This document shows positions 1 to 7,683 of a stretch of 58,725 nucleotides of DNA, in pieces. The notes under the pieces were generated by a model. The model saw nothing but the letters and a program-made list of their open reading frames with translations. It was not told the origin of the DNA and ran no database searches. The stretch is from a virus. Taxonomy: Duplodnaviria > Caudoviricetes. Both the position numbers and the translations under genes were made by a program. The DNA lies in IMG/VR virus record IMGVR_UViG_3300048672_000976, positions 1 to 58,725 of that record. One strand, 5' to 3'. Numbering within the stretch: the first letter of the stretch is position 1; every line of letters starts with the position of its first letter.

Positions 1-1
1 C

Positions 2-937
2 AATAACACCATTCACAATAAACGTTGTTCCGTAACTTTGTTTTGTTCTAACATCATAAAGTTTCATTAAGTCTGTTTTCAATTCATCTTTATTTTTTTT
101 AAAAACATATTGAAACAATTTTATTTTACTAATTCTACTTAATATTTTATTTGAATATTTGTATTTTTCACTAATTAATTTTAAAAAATTTACATAATCA
201 CATTCTTTTATTGTATTAATTAAAAAATCAAATTCACCATTATTTATGTTTACTTTATAAAATTCTTCAACATAATTATTACTATTTCTTTTAATAATTG
301 CATCTAATGATTTGGAATTTTTTTTAATATTAATTTCGTTTATATTTGGCTTGTTTTTTATTTTATTAACCCAATTAATTTGACGTTCATTATAAATTTT
401 TTCACCATCAATAATACCGAATTTCTTTATACATTTTTCTAATGTAAATGTTTTTTGTACATCTTTGATTTTTTCTTTTGATTCCTCTTCATTAAAACCT
501 TTATTTAACCAATAACCAATACTACGTGGTGAATGAATTTTACCATGTAATGACTTTTTTTCATTGTACATTTTTGAACCCTCAATTTCACCATATTTTA
601 TAATAAATGCTCTCTCAGTATTCATTAAATGTAATTCAACTTTTAATTTGCTTTCATCCAAATTAAAGCCTCTATGTTGCCAATATTCAACTAAACATGG
701 TTTCATAGTTTTAACTTTATATAATGCATCATCATAACCCATTCCACGTTTAATCCAATAATTTACACTAAATGCAGAGCCATTTATTTTTTCAATACCA
801 TTTTCTTTTAATATTCTAGTTATAACACTACCATCACATTTGAAATCTTTTGATATTTCCAATACCGATTTAAAATTATTAATATAATCTTCTTTAATTA
901 TATTTATTTGTTCTTCATTAAATTTTAGTTTTCCCAT
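2..937 (-). CDS. Free-standing putative homing endonuclease (partial; runs off the window edge; absent from ORF track)
   Basis: Manual translation from ATG at 937 is open to the window edge (>=312 aa): MGKLKFNEEQINIIKEDY... It has an N-terminal HTH-like segment (KSVLEISKDFKCDGSVITRILKKNGI), three YWxx(R/K)G repeats (NYWIKRG, EYWQHRG, GYWLNKG) and two K(Y/F)GxxxG repeats. It lies directly downstream of an intein-truncated sbcC. The catalytic domain would be outside the window. Confidence 0.6.
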   Translation of the reverse strand, partial: MGKLKFNEEQINIIKEDYINNFKSVLEISKDFKCDGSVITRILKENGIEKINGSAFSVNYWIKRGMGYDDALYKVKTMKPCLVEYWQHRGFNLDESKLKVELHLMNTERAFIIKYGEIEGSKMYNEKKSLHGKIHSPRSIGYWLNKGFNEEESKEKIKDVQKTFTLEKCIKKFGIIDGEKIYNERQINWVNKIKNKPNINEINIKKNSKSLDAIIKRNSNNYVEEFYKVNINNGEFDFLINTIKECDYVNFLKLISEKYKYSNKILSRISKIKLFQYVFKKNKDELKTDLMKLYDVRTKQSYGTTFIVNGVI

Positions 938-983
938 AATAATAAATATTACAGGGAAAACTAAAAGCTAAAATAAATACCAT

Positions 984-1535
984 TTATTTTAATTCATCGG
1001 GCAGAAAGCCTATTTTTTTTATAATTTCATTTTCATCAAATTCAATTTCTATTTCAGTATCTGATCTAAGGCACTTACCACCGAAATTTTTAGGCGAAGA
1101 TTCAATAACAGTAATACCATCCATTTTTGTGAAATCAATTGTGTTGTTTTCACCAAATGATAAAAAATTTGAAAAATCAATCTTTTTAATAAACCAACGG
1201 TTATATTTAACCGAATTTTGATTGTTTTTTACTATTTCAGCATTAACTTTATTATCTAATCTATCAATTAAATTCCACTTTACATCGATTTTATTATCGT
1301 TGATAAAATCTTTAATTAATGATTTCTGATATTGCTGATCCAATAATTTATCACTAACATCTAATGAACTAAGATTAGTATTTATATTTAATACTTTAGC
1401 AACCGGAACAACTTTTACTGATGATGTATGATACTTATTCTCAAAATAAGTTTTAACCCTTTTGATTTTTTCTTGAGTTAAATTTTCAGGTGTATCTTCC
1501 CAAACTACCTTTATATAAGGTTTAATTTTTGACAT
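984..1535 (-). CDS. sbcC: SbcC/Rad50/gp46-like recombination ATPase, N-terminal fragment fused to a split-intein N-part
   Basis: IKKIDFSNFLSFGENNTIDF..GITVI...KNFGGK is the SMC/SbcC N-terminus up to the Walker A Lys. Instead of the expected S/T it continues with CLRSDTEIEI and stops 29 aa later. An SbcD-like gene is nearby. Confidence 0.85.
   Translation of the reverse strand: MSKIKPYIKVVWEDTPENLTQEKIKRVKTYFENKYHTSSVKVVPVAKVLNINTNLSSLDVSDKLLDQQYQKSLIKDFINDNKIDVKWNLIDRLDNKVNAEIVKNNQNSVKYNRWFIKKIDFSNFLSFGENNTIDFTKMDGITVIESSPKNFGGKCLRSDTEIEIEFDENEIIKKIGFLPDELK
987..1073 (-). mobile_element. Split intein N-fragment (29 aa, block A only)
   Basis: CLRSDTEIEIEFDENEIIKKIGFLPDELK* starts with Cys1 and a CLxxDTxI block-A pattern exactly at the GK|S/T P-loop position. 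Confidence 0.75.
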
Positions 1536-1538
1536 ATT

Positions 1539-1901
1539 TTATTTATTATTATTCTCAAATAATTCAATTATACTATTTAACGCCCATACTGAACCTGCTG
1601 TAAACATGCCATCATAAAATATTCCTATAATTGGCAAGCAATCAAAAACATTGTGGAAAAAACCACCTAATGTGATTGACATAAAAAAACCAACCCAAGT
1701 TGATGTACATAACATACAACTTACTAAATCACCTAAAAAAATTGATTTTCGTTTAATAAATTCACGAGCAACTTCAAAAATTGACCCATAAACAATTATT
1801 GTTGACATACCATATGCTGCAACAATCCATAATAATATAATATAAAATTCCATTAAGTAAAAATAATTAAAAAAAACCAAAATAAGAAATTTATTCATCA
1901 T
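1539..1901 (-). CDS. Small membrane protein, DUF1360-like (true start probably MEFYII at ~1853)
   Basis: Hydrophobic helices with an SCMLCTSTWVG (CxxCxxxW) motif. Confidence 0.55.
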   Translation of the reverse strand: MMNKFLILVFFNYFYLMEFYIILLWIVAAYGMSTIIVYGSIFEVAREFIKRKSIFLGDLVSCMLCTSTWVGFFMSITLGGFFHNVFDCLPIIGIFYDGMFTAGSVWALNSIIELFENNNK

Positions 1902-2127
1902 ATAATGATGTTTCCTTTGGTATTATTTTAGGTTCCTCGATTATTTTTTTTTGTACACTATTATGGTTGGGTTTTTCACCATATTTTAAAATATTAAAAC
2001 CTTTATTAAAAACTTCTAAGGCCATTTTTTCCACATCCTCAATGTTATTTAGTTTACAATATTGGACAAATTCATTATCCAATATTAATGAGTAATTCTT
2101 TACCATCTTCAATATCTTTAATGTCAT
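1891..2127 (-). CDS. Hypothetical protein (start probably MVKNYS at ~2106)
   Basis: Fills the gap between the neighbouring genes with short overlaps. No recognisable motif. Confidence 0.55.
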   Translation of the reverse strand: MTLKILKMVKNYSLILDNEFVQYCKLNNIEDVEKMALEVFNKGFNILKYGEKPNHNSVQKKIIEEPKIIPKETSLYDE

Positions 2128-2878
2128 TTATCACAAAATGATAAAAAGGATTATTATTTTCAATATCATGAAATGTGTATTCATTTTTTAACACATCAAA
2201 TAAACCATAACCATGATGTTTAACTGTCTCGGCAAAGTTTTGTTGAATAAAACTACCAATTTGTATTCCATCACCGCCATTTGGTAATTTAAATCTTTGT
2301 CTCATATGGATATCACCACATAAAGCAACATCACAATCAACAAAATTAAGTTTATCAAATGCATCATCAAATTCATACCCCATTTCTGTTGATAAACCCT
2401 TTATTGGGCCATGAAACAACGCAACATAAACAAAACCTTCCTCCTTTTCAAACTTTGGTTTTTTATTATGCTGATAAAGTGAATATACAACCCATTTAAT
2501 ATTTAAATCATCATAGATACCATAATCTTTATAATAAACAACTCTATCATTATTTAATAGTTTTACTATTGGTGTTATACTATCTAATCGTTGAATGTTA
2601 TTTTCCAAAAAATCATGATTACCCGGTATAATAATTACTTTAGCTATTTTGCTTAATTCATTCAATACCCAAGAACATAAAATTAATTGTTCATTCGATA
2701 TATTTACTTTTTGATGAACAATATCGCCTGTAATTACAATCCGTAATTCAGATTCGTCAACACCATTAAATCGTTCATTTAATTCTATAAACAATTTTTT
2801 AAATTGGTCACGATAATTATCATGATATTGTATTGTTCTAATATGTAAATCACTAATATGTATTATTGTTTTTATCAT
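2075..2878 (-). CDS. sbcD: SbcD/Mre11/gp47-like metallophosphoesterase nuclease
   Basis: All five calcineurin-like motifs are present: HISDLH, GDIVH, PGNHD, FHG, GDIH. Confidence 0.88.
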   Translation of the reverse strand: MIKTIIHISDLHIRTIQYHDNYRDQFKKLFIELNERFNGVDESELRIVITGDIVHQKVNISNEQLILCSWVLNELSKIAKVIIIPGNHDFLENNIQRLDSITPIVKLLNNDRVVYYKDYGIYDDLNIKWVVYSLYQHNKKPKFEKEEGFVYVALFHGPIKGLSTEMGYEFDDAFDKLNFVDCDVALCGDIHMRQRFKLPNGGDGIQIGSFIQQNFAETVKHHGYGLFDVLKNEYTFHDIENNNPFYHFVINDIKDIEDGKELLINIG

Positions 2879-3729
2879 TTTAAATAATTTGTTAAATCCA
2901 TTGTATAAATTGTTTCCATTATATCCACAGGTACTCTATATTCGGCAAATGTAGAATTTTCCATTAATAATACCACAATATTACCAAATATTTTTTTATT
3001 CTGATATTTTGACCCTTCTAACATTTTTAAGAATAATCTACCATATAATGGTAATTGAATGAAATAATGGCCCAATGCTGTATCATCGTATTTATTAAAT
3101 GGATAATACATTTTTTTTGTATAAACTTGAGATTCAAATTTTTTGGGTGCATTCGTCTTCCAATCAGTTGTTACTATACCAAAGTCAGTTTTTGTTTTAT
3201 TATGAATTAGCCAAAATTTATCAGGTTGTCCTGTATATCCTAATGTTGGATCACCTAATACCACTTCAGTATCTAATAATACAGCACCACGTTCATGCAT
3301 TAAATCAATATATTCTTTACCTGCTTGAATCATATTATCTGACTTGATTCTCTGTTCTTCATTGATATTGAAAATAGGTTTTCTAATTTCTTTATATGAC
3401 CCATATAAAGAAATTAAATATTTTTCTAATTCATAATGTACACGACTACCTTGGTTGGTTGAAAGTTCATTTAAACGTTTCCATTCATTTAATAATTCTC
3501 GTTGAACTTCATAATTACCATTACTCATCTCTAAGGCTTTTTTTTCTGAATCAAAATGCGGATGAAACATCTTTATTACCTTAGATACCGATGGATAATC
3601 ATTTCTAACTATACCATTTAAATCTTTCATGAAATATAAATGATCCTCTTCAACAAAGGATAATTCAATCTCTTCTCGTCGTTTTTGTAAAATATCTTTA
3701 ATTTCTAAAGATATATCTGTTAAATTCAT
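2875..3729 (-). CDS. PD-(D/E)xK exonuclease (RecB/lambda-exo-like)
   Basis: YPSVS, GSRVH, E..V, GQPD, DWKT and QLPLY motifs. Confidence 0.8.
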   Translation of the reverse strand: MNLTDISLEIKDILQKRREEIELSFVEEDHLYFMKDLNGIVRNDYPSVSKVIKMFHPHFDSEKKALEMSNGNYEVQRELLNEWKRLNELSTNQGSRVHYELEKYLISLYGSYKEIRKPIFNINEEQRIKSDNMIQAGKEYIDLMHERGAVLLDTEVVLGDPTLGYTGQPDKFWLIHNKTKTDFGIVTTDWKTNAPKKFESQVYTKKMYYPFNKYDDTALGHYFIQLPLYGRLFLKMLEGSKYQNKKIFGNIVVLLMENSTFAEYRVPVDIMETIYTMDLTNYLK

Positions 3730-3730
3730 A

Positions 3731-4672
3731 TTAATCTAATTGTTTTGGTTTAATGTTTGTAAAATCACCTTTTAAATCTGCAATATCCTTTTCGCCTGTT
3801 AATTGTACTGACCATATGCGACCCATTAATTTACCACAATTTAAACGATGGTATAATTTTTCTTGATCGGATTGTGCATCAGGATCCAAAATTATTATGA
3901 TTTTTGCTTTGGCATTATCATATAATTTCATGAATAAATGGTCCGGAATAAATTTACCTAACATTGGTATTGAATTGGGAACAAAAATACTATCAAAGAC
4001 ACCTTCAACTAAATAAATGTCTTTATCCCACTCAATTAATTTTTCATTCCAAATTATTATTTCCTTTTGGGCTTCAGGATTTTGATATTTATATTTTGTT
4101 TTTTTTAAATAAGATCTTGCAATAAAATAATTCAAATGATTATTTGAATCGTATGATGGTATAATAATTCTATGTTCATAATGTCCTTGATAACAAAATC
4201 CAATATTGAATTTCTTTATCATTTCATCACTAATATTTCTTTCTTTAATATAATTAAATGCTTGTTTATAGTATGGTGTCATTTTTAAACCGGCACTTGC
4301 ATCTAAAAAATTTATAAATTCTTTGGGGAGTTTTATAGTATGATAAACCTTTTTGGGTAAATCATCATTTTCATCAGGTCTTAATATTAAATAATTTTTT
4401 AATTGTTTTTTATTACCATATTTTTTTATTAAACCATAAATTCTACCCGAAGTACCATGGCTTTCTTTACATGACCAACATTTATAAACATTCAATTTAT
4501 AATTTATTTCTAAATTACCTTTTCCATCTCCACAATCTAACTCTTTTATGTCATATGAGCATACAGGACAATCAAATGATATTTGGCCATTATATTCATT
4601 ATGTGATCTAATGTCGCCAAATATGTCTTCAAGAATGTCAATTACTGGTGAATAATCAACTATTGTATCCAT
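3731..4672 (-). CDS. DNA primase (Zn-finger + TOPRIM)
   Basis: CPVC...CWSC zinc ribbon; RIIIP; YFIARS; KYQNP; LVEGVFD; ILDPDA; KDIAD. Confidence 0.9.
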   Translation of the reverse strand: MDTIVDYSPVIDILEDIFGDIRSHNEYNGQISFDCPVCSYDIKELDCGDGKGNLEINYKLNVYKCWSCKESHGTSGRIYGLIKKYGNKKQLKNYLILRPDENDDLPKKVYHTIKLPKEFINFLDASAGLKMTPYYKQAFNYIKERNISDEMIKKFNIGFCYQGHYEHRIIIPSYDSNNHLNYFIARSYLKKTKYKYQNPEAQKEIIIWNEKLIEWDKDIYLVEGVFDSIFVPNSIPMLGKFIPDHLFMKLYDNAKAKIIIILDPDAQSDQEKLYHRLNCGKLMGRIWSVQLTGEKDIADLKGDFTNIKPKQLD

Positions 4673-4743
4673 TTAAAAATTTGGTTTGGTGAATATTGAA
4701 TATAATAATCAAAAAAAACGATAAAAACAAAAAATTTAAGCAT

Positions 4744-4785
4744 AAAAAAAGAGAGAACCGCACCACCAGTCCTCCCTTTTTTTTT
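4744..4785 (-). terminator. Intrinsic terminator
   Basis: Minus strand GGGAGGACT-loop-GGTTCTCTC, a 9-bp stem with G.U pairs that form only on this strand, followed by T7. Confidence 0.7.
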
Positions 4786-4883
4786 ACTCCCCCAATTATA
4801 TAATTGTATTTTTTTAACCATTTATTTAATAAATGATTATATCATAAATATAATTAAAAAAAATTAAATTACAAAATATTTGT

Positions 4884-5486
4884 TTATTTTTTTTCTTTAA
4901 GCATATTAACATAACCAATTACACAGGTAACTGAGTCTGACATATCATAACATTCTTTCTTTAATTTACCTTTTTTATCATAAAACCATTGAACTTCTGG
5001 AAATAATAAATTTACATGTTCCCAAACTATATGTTTTTTATCAATATCTTTATCATAACCACCAAATAAAACATATTTACCTTTACTATTTAGCCCAACT
5101 AAATCAGGAAATGCATATTTTCTTGAATTGTATGTGGAGATAAATGTCGGTAAAACATTTAAAACTTCATAACATGCATTTAAAATTAAAGTATTATATC
5201 TTAATAATGTACCAATTGTGTAAATATTATTTGACTGTAATAATGGCTCTTCAATTATTACACGAGTTATACCCACATCTTTATATTTTTCTAATTGTTT
5301 TTTAAAAGTGTTTGCTTTTTTTATCATTTCTTCAATTTTATCATCCGGCTGTGGTTTAACTTTGGGTGAAAAATGTGTTAATTCTAATAATTTTGACTCA
5401 TTAATATCAAATAATGCAAAACCAATTGTTTTTGTACTTATATCTAAACCAAGAATTTTGGGTGTGTTTTTTAATTTCTTATCCAT
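4884..5486 (-). CDS. RuvC-like Holliday junction resolvase
   Basis: ILGLDISTKTIGFALF, VIIEEP, DKKHIV and YDMSDS acidic catalytic motifs. Confidence 0.82.
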   Translation of the reverse strand: MDKKLKNTPKILGLDISTKTIGFALFDINESKLLELTHFSPKVKPQPDDKIEEMIKKANTFKKQLEKYKDVGITRVIIEEPLLQSNNIYTIGTLLRYNTLILNACYEVLNVLPTFISTYNSRKYAFPDLVGLNSKGKYVLFGGYDKDIDKKHIVWEHVNLLFPEVQWFYDKKGKLKKECYDMSDSVTCVIGYVNMLKEKK

Positions 5487-5523
5487 TTAATAAAAATATG
5501 TAAAATAAAATTAATTATCAAGA

Positions 5524-7662
5524 TTAAAAATCTAATTTCACAGCAAATACTTGTGTTCCAACTCTAGGTATTGGTTTACTTGTTTTTGCAATTACTAAAG
5601 TATCTTTATTAGCATCCAATAATGAAATTTCAGTAATCATTGGATTCATTGATAAATTATCATTTTTTGTTGGATTTTGCGACGTTGTGAATTTACCATC
5701 AGGCAAATTTATTAAAAATTTCATTTCTTCAATATCAGTTGCCCTAACTAATCTAATACTACCAGGAAATGGTTGTTCATCACCAAATTGCGGCGATAAA
5801 TTTGTTACATCATTTGATGATTGGTCGCCTAAATAATTACTAGATAAACTTGAGAAATGATTTTCTAAATCAAATAATGTTCCACTATTATATTTAGATT
5901 CATTAATTATAAATGTTGTTCCAGTTAATGATGATAACGTACTTCCACCTGCCTCTGTTGTGAAATCCATATATAACCAATTATCGGGTATTGGTGAATC
6001 ACCATCAATGGTTTCTTGTATTAAAATATGAAATGTATCTGCGGTTAAACCACCTATAAATCCATCCAATGTATTTAGAATTGTAGTAAATTCGTTTCCA
6101 AATTTAACACCTATATTTGATGGTGTTGTTATACCATCAATTTTTGAATAATAATTACATGGTAATGAATTTAATTCACCATCCGAATCAAATTTAAGTA
6201 AATAAGTTACCCAAAAAGTTTGGCCTGTTGAATTTATTAGTGATGTACTATCATCTGAATGTAAAATTGATAATTTTGGTGCTGGTAATGTATATTTTCT
6301 ATTTGAACGATAATCTAATATTGCCACTAATTCTTCATCATCAAAAACTATTATTTTTTTATCAACAAAGACTTTACCAACTTTATTATTTGATTCATCT
6401 AACAAATATCTAAATTTAATTTTTGATTTTTCATTATAAATTGATTTAACATAAAAATCATCTTCCCCCATAACAAATTTAGCCCCAATCGTTGTTCCTG
6501 TATTTCTATGATAACTGATAAATGGAATATAAACTTCAAAATAATCATTATCACTTATTGGGTCACCATTTATATCATCAATTATTGATATATCTTCACC
6601 ACTTATACCAATTTTACCACTAATATAATCATCATAAGTAAAAAATCTATCTGTGTTATTTGGTATATCTCCTACTTCTGAGAAATGAATTATTGCTAAA
6701 CATTTTTGTTCCTTTAATGTGATAGTTTCATTAAAACTATTTTTATATGTTGTCGGGTCAATTGTTCCACCTGTATAATTAATAAATGTTTGTCCTGTTG
6801 AACCATAGCCCAAATATTCCTTTGTTGAAATGTATTTGTTACTAGTGTATCCTGATAAATTTTCATCCGTGGAACTAACATCTGAACCGATAGGTTTAAT
6901 CCCCCAAACAACATTTAATGACCATGGGTTATGTTGTTCTTCACTATCAGGTAATATTGGGATACACGTTTCTGATGTATTTGTTAAATCAATTTCCAAC
7001 TCACATTTGTTACTAATAACATTACCATATCCTGTTATTGATGAAAGATCTGGCGTTTTTCTATCTAATGTTAATGATTGTGTTGTTCCTGATGTGGCAC
7101 CTGTAACACCCAATACTTTATAAATTAAACCATTCGTTGCCCCCGATATATATTTAATGTCACCATTGACATCAAAACTATTAAATGCTAAGGTTATATA
7201 TTCATTTGCTGTATATGTTGTTCCTGTTGCTTTAGTTATATTTAATATTGTACTTCCAGATATTTCTGAAAAATCAATACTATTTGAAAGACATTGTATT
7301 GTTGTTCCTGTTGTACCATCATATTCAACATAATTTGAAACAAACCCAGCTGGACCCATAACATTGCGAATTACTTCAGTTGTTGAACCTGTAATCGGAA
7401 TACCAAATATTGTTGAATCTGGTTCATATAAAAAAGGATATTTTAATTCATTGTCTTTATCTAATGGTGCGAAAACTCCTTGATGTGTAAACCCATTTGT
7501 TACACTACTCTTTATATTTGAAAATGGGTTACTATATACAAATTCGGAATCTCCAATATTAAAGAATTTAATATTAAAATCACCTTTTGCTATTGAATTT
7601 CTTCCTTTTTGTGTTATTCTTGCTGATAAATACTCAGAATTATTTTTATCTAAAAAACTCAT
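5524..7662 (-). CDS. Virion structural protein (baseplate/tail-associated)
   Basis: C-terminus ITEISLLD..KDTLVIAKTSKPI...FAVKLDF resembles a tail/baseplate terminal domain. N-terminal ARITQKGR. S/T/G-rich and located in a structural block. Confidence 0.6.
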   Translation of the reverse strand: MSFLDKNNSEYLSARITQKGRNSIAKGDFNIKFFNIGDSEFVYSNPFSNIKSSVTNGFTHQGVFAPLDKDNELKYPFLYEPDSTIFGIPITGSTTEVIRNVMGPAGFVSNYVEYDGTTGTTIQCLSNSIDFSEISGSTILNITKATGTTYTANEYITLAFNSFDVNGDIKYISGATNGLIYKVLGVTGATSGTTQSLTLDRKTPDLSSITGYGNVISNKCELEIDLTNTSETCIPILPDSEEQHNPWSLNVVWGIKPIGSDVSSTDENLSGYTSNKYISTKEYLGYGSTGQTFINYTGGTIDPTTYKNSFNETITLKEQKCLAIIHFSEVGDIPNNTDRFFTYDDYISGKIGISGEDISIIDDINGDPISDNDYFEVYIPFISYHRNTGTTIGAKFVMGEDDFYVKSIYNEKSKIKFRYLLDESNNKVGKVFVDKKIIVFDDEELVAILDYRSNRKYTLPAPKLSILHSDDSTSLINSTGQTFWVTYLLKFDSDGELNSLPCNYYSKIDGITTPSNIGVKFGNEFTTILNTLDGFIGGLTADTFHILIQETIDGDSPIPDNWLYMDFTTEAGGSTLSSLTGTTFIINESKYNSGTLFDLENHFSSLSSNYLGDQSSNDVTNLSPQFGDEQPFPGSIRLVRATDIEEMKFLINLPDGKFTTSQNPTKNDNLSMNPMITEISLLDANKDTLVIAKTSKPIPRVGTQVFAVKLDF

Positions 7663-7683
7663 ATTTTTAAACTATTTATTTTA

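Noticed and set aside
948-990. Hairpin over the sbcC stop and an 11-codon mini-ORF suggesting readthrough or bypass
   Set aside because: The stem is A/T-only with a 3-nt loop, a second in-frame stop follows, and the downstream ORF does not resemble intein or SbcC sequence.
2875-3729. Cas4
   Set aside because: PD-(D/E)xK core is present but the Fe-S cysteines are not; no CRISPR context.
4884-5486. TnpB/Cas12-type RuvC
   Set aside because: Only 200 aa, with no Zn ribbon, bridge helix/REC region or transposon ends; fits a stand-alone resolvase.
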